Of a DNA stretch of 64,000 bases, positions 9,839-19,215 are shown in pieces (the first letter of the stretch is position 1; every line of letters starts with the position of its first letter). The DNA is taken from positions 1-64,000 of the IMG/VR virus record IMGVR_UViG_2895374923_000003, one strand, 5' to 3'. The stretch is from a virus. Lineage: Duplodnaviria > Caudoviricetes. Position numbers and translations under genes: made by a program. The notes beneath the pieces were generated by a model, which was given only the letters and a program-made list of their open reading frames with translations, searched no databases and was not told the DNA's origin.

Positions 9839-11389
9839 GTGGCGAATTACCTCACGCCAGGGGTCTATGTCGAGGAAAACCTCGCGCCCCCGGGCCTGGG
9901 CGACGGATCAGCCTCACGCGCGGTGGCCGCGTTCGTCGGCATCGCGCCCAAGGGCCCGACCCTGCCGACCCGCGTCCGCTCCTGGGCCCAGTACGTCAAC
10001 CTGTTCGGCGGGTTCACCGGCCCCACGAGCTGGCTGCCGTACGCGGTCTACCTCTACTTCGCCAACGGCGGCACCTCATGCTTCATCGCCAGGGCCACCC
10101 GGGCGGACGCCGTTGCGGCCACGGCCACCCTGATGGACTCCACCAAGGCCCAGGACCAGGGACCCAAGCCCGCCTTCAAGGTCACCGCGCTGGCCGAGGG
10201 CGTGTGGGGCAACGCCACCAGCATCAAGATCGTGCCCACCGGGGCGCCGTCGGGCCGCTTCGACCTGATCGTGCTCGACGACGGCCGCGAGTCCGAGCGG
10301 TTCACCGACCTGTCCAGCGACCCCGGTGACTCCCGCTACGTCATCTCGATCGTCAACAGCCCCTACTCCGGCAGCATCTACCTCCGGCTGGCCAACCAGA
10401 AGGTCAACACCGAGGGGTATCAGTACAACCCGGCCACCGACGTGGTCCCGGCCCAGACCCTCGTCCTCAACGGCGGCTCGGAGGGCGTGCAGGCGTACGA
10501 TCTGGCCGAGGCTGCCAAGTCCCTCCAGGACGTCCCGGCGATCAACTTTGACCTCAACCTGCCCGGCGTCTCCCAGGTGGCGGTGCTCAACCCGATCATC
10601 GACTGGGCCGCCTCCACCGGACGGGTCTTCGTCGTCATCGACGGACCCAGGGCCGCCGAGGGTTCCACCTCCGCCCAGGTCATGGCCGGGTACCTGTCCA
10701 TGGTCAACGCCGCCACCCCGCTGGTCGCCTCCTCCTACGCGGCCATCTACGGCCCGTGGATCATGACCAGCGACCCGAGCTCCACCCTGTACGGCGCGGT
10801 GCGGCTGCTCCCGCCAGGCGGCGCGATGCTCGGCCAGATGGCCAAGACCGACGTCGAACGGCACGTCGCCAAGGCCCCCGCTGGCATCCCCACCACCTTG
10901 GCCGCGGTCGTGGCAGCCGAGGCCCGCTTCACCGAGGGCGAGCTGGACACGCTGGCAGACGCCCACATCAACGTCGTGCGCCTGATCCCCGGCTACGGCC
11001 ACTGCATCATGGGCGCCCGCACGCTCAAGCGCGAACTGCCCGACCGCTACGTCCCGGTCCGCAGGACGCTGATCATGCTGCGCAAGACGCTGGCCGACAC
11101 CAGCCGTTTCGCCGTCTTCGAGCCCAACGGGCCCGACCTGTGGGAGCGGGTACGCCTGGTCCTCACCAAGTACCTGTCCGGCCTGCTCAAGGCAGGCGTG
11201 CTGGCAGGTCAGAGCGAGTCCGAAGCCTTCTTCGTGCGCTGCGACCAGGACAACAACCCGCAGTCCCAGATCAACGCCGGGCGCCTCAACATCGACATCG
11301 GCGTCGCCCTGCGCTACCCGGCGGAATTCGTGATCATCCGGCTCGGCCAGCACCACGGCGGCACCGACTCGGCCGAAGACAACCTCTGA
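9839..11389 (+). CDS. Contractile tail sheath protein
   Basis: YLTPGVYVEE N-terminus; GARTL, YVPVRR, FAVFEPN, FFVRCD, PAEFVIIRL motifs. Confidence 0.97.
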   Translation: MANYLTPGVYVEENLAPPGLGDGSASRAVAAFVGIAPKGPTLPTRVRSWAQYVNLFGGFTGPTSWLPYAVYLYFANGGTSCFIARATRADAVAATATLMDSTKAQDQGPKPAFKVTALAEGVWGNATSIKIVPTGAPSGRFDLIVLDDGRESERFTDLSSDPGDSRYVISIVNSPYSGSIYLRLANQKVNTEGYQYNPATDVVPAQTLVLNGGSEGVQAYDLAEAAKSLQDVPAINFDLNLPGVSQVAVLNPIIDWAASTGRVFVVIDGPRAAEGSTSAQVMAGYLSMVNAATPLVASSYAAIYGPWIMTSDPSSTLYGAVRLLPPGGAMLGQMAKTDVERHVAKAPAGIPTTLAAVVAAEARFTEGELDTLADAHINVVRLIPGYGHCIMGARTLKRELPDRYVPVRRTLIMLRKTLADTSRFAVFEPNGPDLWERVRLVLTKYLSGLLKAGVLAGQSESEAFFVRCDQDNNPQSQINAGRLNIDIGVALRYPAEFVIIRLGQHHGGTDSAEDNL

Positions 11390-11436
11390 TCCCTCCGCTC
11401 CCCGAACTCCCCCTTTCCCCCTTCGGAGGCTTTGTC

Positions 11437-11985
11437 ATGGCCGACACCGAGCGGCTCAAGCAGGACCCCCTGCGCTCGTTCAAGTTCATCGTCAACATCG
11501 GATCCGAGTCCTCCAAGCTCGGCTTCGCCAACGCCGGGTTCATGTCCGTGTCCGGACTGAACATCACCACCGAGGTCATCCCGTACCGCGAGGGCGGCTG
11601 GAACACCACCACCCGCAAGATGCCCGGCCAGTCGGACTTCTCGCCCATCACCCTGTCCAACGGCCTGTGCGTCGGCGAGCCGTACATGCTCAACTGGATG
11701 CAGACGATCTTCACCGTCGTGCAGGGCGGTGGCGGTGGAACGCTCGGCGACTTCCGCATGGACCTGACCATCAACGTCCTGGACCATCCCACGCCCGGCG
11801 CCTGGGGGGAGAAGGGCAAGGTCAAGGCCGCCTTCAAGGTCCTCAACGCCTGGCCCACCTCCGTCGCCTTCAGCGACCTGGACGCCGGCGCCAACTCGAT
11901 CATCATCCAGCAGCTCACCCTCGCCCACGAAGGCTTCGAGATGAAGCTGGCCAAGGACGCGGGCGCTTCCGAGGTCAAGTTCTAA
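11437..11985 (+). CDS. Tail tube protein (T4 gp19-like)
   Basis: DPLRSFKF, YREGG, RKMPG, ITLSNG, AWPTSV, LTLAHEG motifs; ATG 11437 after GGAGG. Confidence 0.95.
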   Translation: MADTERLKQDPLRSFKFIVNIGSESSKLGFANAGFMSVSGLNITTEVIPYREGGWNTTTRKMPGQSDFSPITLSNGLCVGEPYMLNWMQTIFTVVQGGGGGTLGDFRMDLTINVLDHPTPGAWGEKGKVKAAFKVLNAWPTSVAFSDLDAGANSIIIQQLTLAHEGFEMKLAKDAGASEVKF

Positions 11986-12024
11986 TCCCTGGAACGTTCC
12001 AGCATCGGCAGAAAGACACGCACC

Positions 12025-12867
12025 ATGACCAGTAACGACTACCGGAACCCCCTGGACGACCTGAGCACCTCGGCCGCCGACATCGCCGACGCGCTGGCCT
12101 CCACCGTCGCCCATGTGGACATGCCAGCCCCCGCCGACGACGTGGTCACCCTGCCCTCGCGCTCCATCCTGGACGGCAGGGAACTGCGCGCCGCCCGCGT
12201 GCGCGAACTGACCGGCGAACACGAGGAAGAGCTGGCCCGCGCCGCGGCCACCGGCCACAGCGAACGCCTGGTCGACGCGCTGCTCAAGTGCGGCGTCGTC
12301 GAGGTCGAGGGCCTGGAGGCCACCCCTCTGCTGCTGGACCGGCTCACCATCGGCGACCGCGACGCGCTCATCCTCGGCATCCGCCGCGTCACCTTCGGCG
12401 ACAGCATCCGCTACGACCGCTACCGCTGCCCCGGCTGCCGAGAGGACTTCGCCCTCACGGTCGGCCTGGAGGAGATCCCGGTCAAGACCGCCACCGGCCC
12501 GAGCGACGACACCTACACCATCGCCCTGCGCAAGGGCGGCCACGTCAAGGCCCGCGCCCTGATCGGCGCCGACCAGAAGACCGTCCTGAGCTCTACCCGA
12601 ACCGACCGGCTCAACATCGCCGAGCAGAACACGCTGCTGCTGTCGCGCTCGGTCATCTCCATCCACCGGCCCGGCCACAGCGACCTGGCCGTCCGCGGCG
12701 AGACCGGCCCGGTGCGCTCGTTGTCCATGCCCGACCGCCAGCGCATCCTCGCCGAGCTCGACAAGCTCCGCTACGGCCCGCGCTATGACCAGGTGCCCGT
12801 CCACTGCACCGCCTGCGGCCACGACGGCACGCTGGCCGTCACGGTGGAGGCCCTGTTTCGCGAGTAG
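12025..12867 (+). CDS. Tail assembly chaperone (short form)
   Basis: Between tube and tape measure; LTIGDRDALILGIRR, CPGC...CTAC, ends LFRE. Confidence 0.8.
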   Translation: MTSNDYRNPLDDLSTSAADIADALASTVAHVDMPAPADDVVTLPSRSILDGRELRAARVRELTGEHEEELARAAATGHSERLVDALLKCGVVEVEGLEATPLLLDRLTIGDRDALILGIRRVTFGDSIRYDRYRCPGCREDFALTVGLEEIPVKTATGPSDDTYTIALRKGGHVKARALIGADQKTVLSSTRTDRLNIAEQNTLLLSRSVISIHRPGHSDLAVRGETGPVRSLSMPDRQRILAELDKLRYGPRYDQVPVHCTACGHDGTLAVTVEALFRE

Positions 12868-13063
12868 CGACCGCACCCACCTGTTCGAGGCGTACGAGGC
12901 GCTCATCCTCACCTACGGCTGGACACTCGCCCAGGCGCGAGCCCTGACCGTTTCCGAACGCCGCTACTTCCTGGCCCGAGCAGCCGAGCGCATCGAGAGG
13001 AGACAGATGTGGCAAGCACAGCAGAACCCAGCAGCGCCAAGGCCACGTCCCCGAATGCGGTAG
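12857..13063 (+). CDS. C-terminal extension of the tail assembly chaperone, probably reached by +1 frameshift
   Basis: +1 frame encodes LFEAYEALILTYGWTLAQARALTVSERRYF (GT-type); no start codon near the junction; TTT CGC at 12856-12861. Confidence 0.65.
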   Translation, partial: FASSDRTHLFEAYEALILTYGWTLAQARALTVSERRYFLARAAERIERRQMWQAQQNPAAPRPRPRMR

Positions 13064-15930
13064 CGCTGCTCGGGGTGGCAGGCATTCAGCGCACCGTCGA
13101 CCGGTTCGACCGGGGCGTGGACAAGCTGGTCACCTCCCACACCAAATACGCCACCGTCCTGGACGGCCTGGCCAAGGCGATCAAGGCGCTGCACGGCAGC
13201 GTCAACAAGCCCGGCGGCCACCAGAGCGGCCCGCTCCAGGCCCGCGCCAGCGGATCCGGGCTGGGCGGCAACCCCACCTTCTCCGGCCAGCGCGCTACCC
13301 CGGCCGCCGCTCACCTCGGCCAGCAGGGCGGCGCGGGCTCCCACAACGGCGGCCAGCCGCCCATGGCCCCGCCCGCCTACCGTCCGCCGTGGGGGCAGGG
13401 TTTCACCCGCACCGAGAACGCCTGGAACATCGGCCGGGGCATCCAGAGCGCGGTCACGGCCTACGCCAAGGGCGAGCAGGCCACCCACATGACGCTGGAG
13501 CAGTACGCCCGCTACGCCCAGCGGCAGATGCCGCTGGGCACCGGCTACAGCGCGGCCAACGAGGCGACTATGCGCGCCATGCTCGGCTCGTACGGCGGCA
13601 CGCCCACCATGGCCTTCCAAAACCAGGCCGACGCCCAGGCGTCCTGGTCGCTGCGCTACCGGCTGACCGGAGAGATCAACGACTCCGGCGCCCGCTCCCA
13701 GGCCATCAAGCGGGCCACCGAGGGCTCCACGTTCCTCACCCCGACCATGTCGGGGCTGGATGCCACCCAGCTCGTCGCCAGCCAGATCAACCCGACCATG
13801 CAGATGGAACGCATGCTCGGCGGATTCGGCTCCAACCTCGACGCCAAGGGCGTCTACAAGGGCAATGCCGCCAACGCCGATTCGCTGCTGCGCGGCTTCT
13901 ACGGCAACCGCAACGTCTCGGCCGAGCAACTGTCGCGCCGCTTCACCCTCGGCGGGATCGGCTGGGACCAGCTCGTCTACTACTCCGGCAGCGAGCAGGC
14001 CGCCGAGCAGAACCTGGACTACATGAAGCTCGTCGCCCGGGCCCGCGAGCAAGGCATCGGCACCGACGAACTGGACGACAAGCTGCGCAGGGCCAACGTG
14101 CAGGGCGACGGCGAGGACGCGGAAGCCGCCCGCGCCTGGCTGAAGGACAAGTTCAACCTCGACCGCGAACAAGACACCCTGCTCCAGGCCAAGTCCGCCG
14201 AGTCCGACGACATGGCGCGCGAAGGCGAGCAGAACGAATCGTTCACCGCCGCCCTGTCCAACACCACCGACCTGCTGGAGGAGTTCGGCGAGGTCCTCAA
14301 CGACATCCTGGAACTGCCGGTCGTCAAGGAGCTCACCTCCTGGTGGGCCGGAACCTCCGCAGCCTTCCCCGGCGGGCCAGACCCCTACACCCAAGGCATG
14401 GCCGACCGGCAGGCTGGGCCGACGCCCAGCCCCGACGGCATCACCCCCGCCCCCAGGGCCACCACCGGCAAGGGCAAGGACACCGGGAAGAACAAGGACG
14501 CCACCGGCACGGACCCGCTGGACGGCACCACCAACGCCTCCCTCATCGACAGCGTCATCGCCCGCGCCAAGTCCTGGCTCAACGTCGACTACGCCTACGG
14601 CGCCGGCAGCAAGTCCGGTCCCGGCCCCGGCACCAACCGGTTCGGCAAGAGCTTCAACCGCGCCTTCGACTGCTCCAGCTTCATCCAGGCCAGCTTCTGG
14701 CAGGGCGCCGGAATCGACCCCGGCCGCACCACCGGAGTCCAGGAGCAGGCAGGCAAGCACGTTCCGTGGGATGAGATCCAGCCCGGCGACATCGTCGTGC
14801 GCGACACCGGCGGCTCCGGCCACGTCGGGCTCTACCTGGGCGAAGGCCAGATGATCCACGCCCCGACCTCGGGCAAGAAGGTCTCCATCGTCCCGCTCAA
14901 CAAGGACAACTTCGAGCAGGCCCGGCGCATCATCGGCGAGGTCGACGGGACCGGCGAACCGTCCTGGAGCGAGGACGGCGACACCGACACCACCAAGGAC
15001 GGCACCGGCTCGCAGCCGACCATCGCCGCCAGCCCCGCGTTCGGCCTGTTCGACCAGGAGATCGACATGCTGCGCATGTTCGCCGCCATGGGCGCAAGCG
15101 GCGGGTTCACCGGCAGCAGCGACGCAAGCGATCAGGTCGACCCCGAGGTCAAGGGCTGGACACCGAGCGAAGACGTCGACCCGACCGGCGCGGGCAGCAG
15201 CGACGACCCCGACAACGAGACCAAGACCGACCGCACGACCAAGAGCAAGGGCATCGACCCGAACAAGGTCGCCATCCCCGCCGTCACCCCCGGCAGCGAC
15301 CTGGCCCGCCAGAACATCGCCAAGGCCCAGCCCCTGGCCGCCAGCTACGGCTGGGCCGATGGCCGCGACTGGAACGCCCTGCTCGCGCTGTGGCAGAAGG
15401 AATCGAGCTGGAACCACAAGGCCGAGAACAAGGGATCGGGAGCCTACGGCATCCCCCAGTCGCTGCCCGGCGACAAGATGGCCGCCGAGGGCGCCGACTG
15501 GCGGGACAACCCCGACACCCAGATCAAGTGGGGCCTGAAGTACATCAAGGGCCGCTACGGCGACCCCGAAGGCGCCTGGGCCCACTCGGTGGCGGTCAAC
15601 TGGTACGCCAAGGGCGCATGGGAGCTGCCCCACGACCAGGTCGCGACGGTCCACAAGGGCGAAATGATCATCCCAGCGGGGCAAGCCCGCACCATCCGCG
15701 ACGCCCTGGTCGAAGAGAACCTCAAGGCCGGGGCCAGCCTGGCGGGCGACGCACCCGCCAGCCTCAGCGGCGCGGGCGGAGACGTCCACATCACCTTCGA
15801 CCCCGGCTCGATCCAGCTCACCATCACCGGCACCCAGGGCGGCGAACAGGTAGGCCGCGAGGCTGTGCGCGGCATGCTCGCCGAACTGGAGCAGACCCGC
15901 CAGTACCGCAAGATCGCAAAGGGACTGTGA
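13009..15930 (+). CDS. Tape measure protein with NlpC/P60 and lytic transglycosylase domains
   Basis: 973 aa; FDCSSF...GHVGLY...MIHAP (NlpC/P60); WQKESSWN...AYGIPQ (SLT). Confidence 0.9.
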   Translation: MASTAEPSSAKATSPNAVALLGVAGIQRTVDRFDRGVDKLVTSHTKYATVLDGLAKAIKALHGSVNKPGGHQSGPLQARASGSGLGGNPTFSGQRATPAAAHLGQQGGAGSHNGGQPPMAPPAYRPPWGQGFTRTENAWNIGRGIQSAVTAYAKGEQATHMTLEQYARYAQRQMPLGTGYSAANEATMRAMLGSYGGTPTMAFQNQADAQASWSLRYRLTGEINDSGARSQAIKRATEGSTFLTPTMSGLDATQLVASQINPTMQMERMLGGFGSNLDAKGVYKGNAANADSLLRGFYGNRNVSAEQLSRRFTLGGIGWDQLVYYSGSEQAAEQNLDYMKLVARAREQGIGTDELDDKLRRANVQGDGEDAEAARAWLKDKFNLDREQDTLLQAKSAESDDMAREGEQNESFTAALSNTTDLLEEFGEVLNDILELPVVKELTSWWAGTSAAFPGGPDPYTQGMADRQAGPTPSPDGITPAPRATTGKGKDTGKNKDATGTDPLDGTTNASLIDSVIARAKSWLNVDYAYGAGSKSGPGPGTNRFGKSFNRAFDCSSFIQASFWQGAGIDPGRTTGVQEQAGKHVPWDEIQPGDIVVRDTGGSGHVGLYLGEGQMIHAPTSGKKVSIVPLNKDNFEQARRIIGEVDGTGEPSWSEDGDTDTTKDGTGSQPTIAASPAFGLFDQEIDMLRMFAAMGASGGFTGSSDASDQVDPEVKGWTPSEDVDPTGAGSSDDPDNETKTDRTTKSKGIDPNKVAIPAVTPGSDLARQNIAKAQPLAASYGWADGRDWNALLALWQKESSWNHKAENKGSGAYGIPQSLPGDKMAAEGADWRDNPDTQIKWGLKYIKGRYGDPEGAWAHSVAVNWYAKGAWELPHDQVATVHKGEMIIPAGQARTIRDALVEENLKAGASLAGDAPASLSGAGGDVHITFDPGSIQLTITGTQGGEQVGREAVRGMLAELEQTRQYRKIAKGL

Positions 15931-16682
15931 TGACATCCAACCGGCCGTTCGACCCCCGCATCTACGGCAGCGGCGACGGATCCCGCGCCAGCCGCTACGG
16001 CCCGGAAAAGGGCTTCATCCGCTCCTCCGACTGGGCCAGCCTCGGCTCGGCCCAGGGCCCCGCGGTCACCAGCACCCTCAACTTCCTCTACAACCCGACC
16101 GGGTTTTCCACCACCTACTCCATCAACCCGGTCAACTCCTCCTGGGACAAGGTCCTGTTCCAAGACCCCGGCAACGACGACGGCTACCAGATCAAGGGAA
16201 AGCTCGGCCAGACCCTCGCCTTCTCCCTGCTGTTCGACCGCACCTACGAGGTGTGGAAGGGCGATGAGGAAGGCACCTGGAACGATGTGCGGGCCGCCCT
16301 GGCAGTAGCTGGAGCCGTCGAGACCAGCAAGGCCGACATCGCCACCCCCGGCGAGATCGGCATCATGAAGATCCGCCGCGCCGACGTCTACTTCGGCCAC
16401 AACGGCGGCATGGTCTACACCGGAGCCATCACCAGCCTGTCGGTCGGCTACACCCTCTTCTCCGACAAGATGATCCCCTTCCGCACCGCCATGTCGATCT
16501 CGATGATGCTCATGCCGCTGGTCGACCCGCAGAGCGGCGGCAGCCCCGCGACCAGCCGCAGCTCCAGCCCCAACCCCAACCTGGTCCCCTCCGACCCCGA
16601 CTCCACCGTGCTGGCCCCAGGCCAGTGGGGAACCAACGACTCAGGCGGCCTGTTCGACGGCGGCGGGAAGGTGACCATGTGA
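15930..16682 (+). CDS. Baseplate tube-initiator-like protein
   Basis: TGATG overlap with TMP stop; FLYNP, LLFDR, ITSLSVGYTLF pattern. Confidence 0.7.
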   Translation: MTSNRPFDPRIYGSGDGSRASRYGPEKGFIRSSDWASLGSAQGPAVTSTLNFLYNPTGFSTTYSINPVNSSWDKVLFQDPGNDDGYQIKGKLGQTLAFSLLFDRTYEVWKGDEEGTWNDVRAALAVAGAVETSKADIATPGEIGIMKIRRADVYFGHNGGMVYTGAITSLSVGYTLFSDKMIPFRTAMSISMMLMPLVDPQSGGSPATSRSSSPNPNLVPSDPDSTVLAPGQWGTNDSGGLFDGGGKVTM

Positions 16683-16942
16683 CCTCCCGCTACGCCGACC
16701 GGCCGACCGAGACCCGCTCCTGGCGCGGCACGCTGGTGCGCGGCCAGGCCCTGCGCCCGAACAAGAGCTGGTCGTTCAACTTCACCCTGCACCAGATCAA
16801 GGAAGGCGACCGGATCGACCTCATCGCCTACCGCTACTACAACGACGCCAGCCTGTGGTGGATGGTCGCCGACGCCAACCCCGAGATCCTGGCCTGGCAC
16901 GATCTCTCGCCCGGCTTCGTGATCAGGATCCCGAATGTCTAA
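16679..16942 (+). CDS. LysM / tail-X-like baseplate protein
   Basis: HQIKEGDRIDLIAYRYYNDASLWWMVADANP...IRIP; GTGA overlap. Confidence 0.85.
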   Translation: MTSRYADRPTETRSWRGTLVRGQALRPNKSWSFNFTLHQIKEGDRIDLIAYRYYNDASLWWMVADANPEILAWHDLSPGFVIRIPNV

Positions 16943-18080
16943 CCGCCTGTTCTACGAGGTCAAGATCAACGACCGGGTGCTCAAGCCCGCTCCGCTCGAC
17001 CTCAAGCTCACCCAGCGCATCGGCGATAACACCTTGGTCTTCGCCCGCCTGGCCTACCCCGTGCCCCACCCGTCCAAGATCCAGCTCCCCGTGCACGGCT
17101 CACGAGTCGAGGTCACCTGGGGGTACAAGCCGACCGAACTCAACTCCTGGTTCGGCTACGTCCACCACAACGACGTCGAGGACGAACCCAACCCCGGCCC
17201 CGATCAGGCCATCGTGACCGTCCGCCACTGCTTCGTCGGCACCGGCTGGGTGCTCGGTCAGCAGCGCTACAAGGAATGGCGGCGCACCACCGACTCCGGC
17301 ATCGCCCTCAAGATCGCCCAGGACAACGGGCTGTCCGCGGTCGTCCACCGCACCACCAAGGTCCACGACTATCTGCTCCAGCAGGGCGTCTCCGACATGA
17401 ACTGGCTGCGCGAACGGGCCGCCGAAGCCGGGCGCAGACTGCACGTCGACAACGGCATCCTCTACTTCATCGACCCCTCCAGCCTGGCCATGGCCCGCTC
17501 ACTGCGCGCCTTCCCGGCCGCCATGGACAAGGCCCACGGCCAGCCCGACCGCATCGCCTCCTTCAAGGCCCTGGACGGCTCGCTCATCCCCAAGGCCGGG
17601 CAGCAGGCCCCGCGCGGCGTGCACGGCGTCGACCACCGCACTGGCCGCGAGATCCACACCAAGTCGCCGGCCTCCCTGCCCGGCCCCGACCTCGAACACC
17701 GCCACACCATGATCGAATCCATGGAGGACCTGCTGATCTCCGCCCAGTCCGTCGCCGTCAAGAACGAGCAGTGGCTGCTGGCCGAGGTCGACCTGATAGG
17801 CAACCCCGCCCTGCTGCCCGGCAACCAGCTCCAGCTCTCCGGCAGGGCCATCGCCCGGCGCCTGCACGGCCCGTGGCTGATCACCGCGGCCGAGCAGCGC
17901 CTGTCGATGCTGGAGCACAACGGGCTGGGCCGCAAAGACTTCTCCGCCACCATCGAGGTCGCCCGCAACACCCCGGCAGCCTTCGCCCCCCGCGACCGGC
18001 GCATGCCCCAGGTCGATGACCGCTGCGTAGGCGCGGGCAACAAGTGGCGCTCGGCCGTCATGGCGCAGGTGGTGCTGTGA
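16935..18080 (+). CDS. Baseplate hub protein (gpD/gp27-like)
   Basis: IALKIAQDNG, QQGVSDMNWLRERA...LHVDNGILYF, GNPALLPG motifs. Confidence 0.85.
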   Translation: MSNRLFYEVKINDRVLKPAPLDLKLTQRIGDNTLVFARLAYPVPHPSKIQLPVHGSRVEVTWGYKPTELNSWFGYVHHNDVEDEPNPGPDQAIVTVRHCFVGTGWVLGQQRYKEWRRTTDSGIALKIAQDNGLSAVVHRTTKVHDYLLQQGVSDMNWLRERAAEAGRRLHVDNGILYFIDPSSLAMARSLRAFPAAMDKAHGQPDRIASFKALDGSLIPKAGQQAPRGVHGVDHRTGREIHTKSPASLPGPDLEHRHTMIESMEDLLISAQSVAVKNEQWLLAEVDLIGNPALLPGNQLQLSGRAIARRLHGPWLITAAEQRLSMLEHNGLGRKDFSATIEVARNTPAAFAPRDRRMPQVDDRCVGAGNKWRSAVMAQVVL

Positions 18081-18760
18081 GAGAGAACGCCGTGACCGCC
18101 TGGGGCATCGTGGTCTCCACCGCCGACCCGCTCAAGAAGGGCCGCATCACCGCTAAGGTCCCCGACCTGCTCGGCGACAAGATCTCCAACTGGGCGCCGC
18201 CCGCGACCATCGTGGACAAGGTCTTGAAGCCCGGCGACAAGGTGTGGGTCCACTTCGACGCGGGCGACCTGCGCAACCCGCTCTACACCGTCCCCTACGA
18301 CCCGGCCCACGGCCGCATCCGCACCAGCGGTTCGGCCCTGTCGCTCGACGGGCCCGCCGCGGCCGGGATCACCCTGAACTCCGACGTACACGCCATGAAG
18401 TCCAGCGGCGGCTACGTCATCGTCTACGCCAAGGACTTCATCAAAAGCTCGGCGCGTGAACTCAAGACCCAGATCGCGCCCCTGAATTTCGACCCTGTCC
18501 AGGCGGTGAAAAACGCCCCCGCCCACCTCTACCGCTACCGAGCAGACGGCCCAGGCCGCGCGGACCAACTCGGCCCCATGCGCGAAGAACTGCCCGCCAT
18601 CGCGCGGGTCGGCGACGCGGCGGTCTCCCAATCCGCGCTGGTCGGACTCTTGTGGGAGGCGGTCCGCCAGCTCGCCCACCGCGTGGACGCATTGGAAGAA
18701 AAACTCGCGAATACAAATGAGAAGGCCGATCTGAATACACTTGAAAAGGATTCGGATTAG
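18077..18760 (+). CDS. Baseplate spike (gpV OB-fold) fused to peptidase-S74-like chaperone domain
   Basis: GIVVSTADPLKKGRITAKVP...NWA...PGDKVWVHFDAGDLRNPLY, then SSARELKTQI...YRY...GPMREE...LWEAVRQLAHRVDALE. Confidence 0.75.
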   Translation: MRENAVTAWGIVVSTADPLKKGRITAKVPDLLGDKISNWAPPATIVDKVLKPGDKVWVHFDAGDLRNPLYTVPYDPAHGRIRTSGSALSLDGPAAAGITLNSDVHAMKSSGGYVIVYAKDFIKSSARELKTQIAPLNFDPVQAVKNAPAHLYRYRADGPGRADQLGPMREELPAIARVGDAAVSQSALVGLLWEAVRQLAHRVDALEEKLANTNEKADLNTLEKDSD

Positions 18761-18789
18761 ACGGCAATAATGTTCGGGAGGTGGCTTTA

Positions 18790-19215
18790 ATGGCGCTTAC
18801 GCTGCCCTCCGCGATAGACCTGCCGTTCCGGATCGAAAACGGCGCCATCGCCTCCAACCGCGACGTCGACCGGCAGATCCGCCAGCGGCTCATCGGCATC
18901 ATCGGCACCAACCCCGGCGAGCGGGTCATGCAGCCCACCCTCGGCGTCGGAGTCGCTCGCATGCTGTTCGAGACCGACATCAAGGTGGTCACCGCGCTGC
19001 TGACCACCGACATCAAGCGCCAGGCCGCCGCCTACGAACCGGGCGCCGTCATCACCCGCGTCATCGTCACCGACCACGAGGAACCCGGCAAGGGCATGCT
19101 GGATGTCGCCTACCGCCGTACCGACGCCTCCGACTCCGACCCGGCCGCCGCCCGCCACATCCACACCGCGACCATCGGCCGCGACGGCACCGTCAAGGAG
19201 CACCTGCGTGGCTGA
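18790..19215 (+). CDS. Baseplate wedge protein, GPW/gp25 family
   Basis: TNPGERVMQPTLG...LFE, YEPGAVI motifs. Confidence 0.9.
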   Translation: MALTLPSAIDLPFRIENGAIASNRDVDRQIRQRLIGIIGTNPGERVMQPTLGVGVARMLFETDIKVVTALLTTDIKRQAAAYEPGAVITRVIVTDHEEPGKGMLDVAYRRTDASDSDPAAARHIHTATIGRDGTVKEHLRG

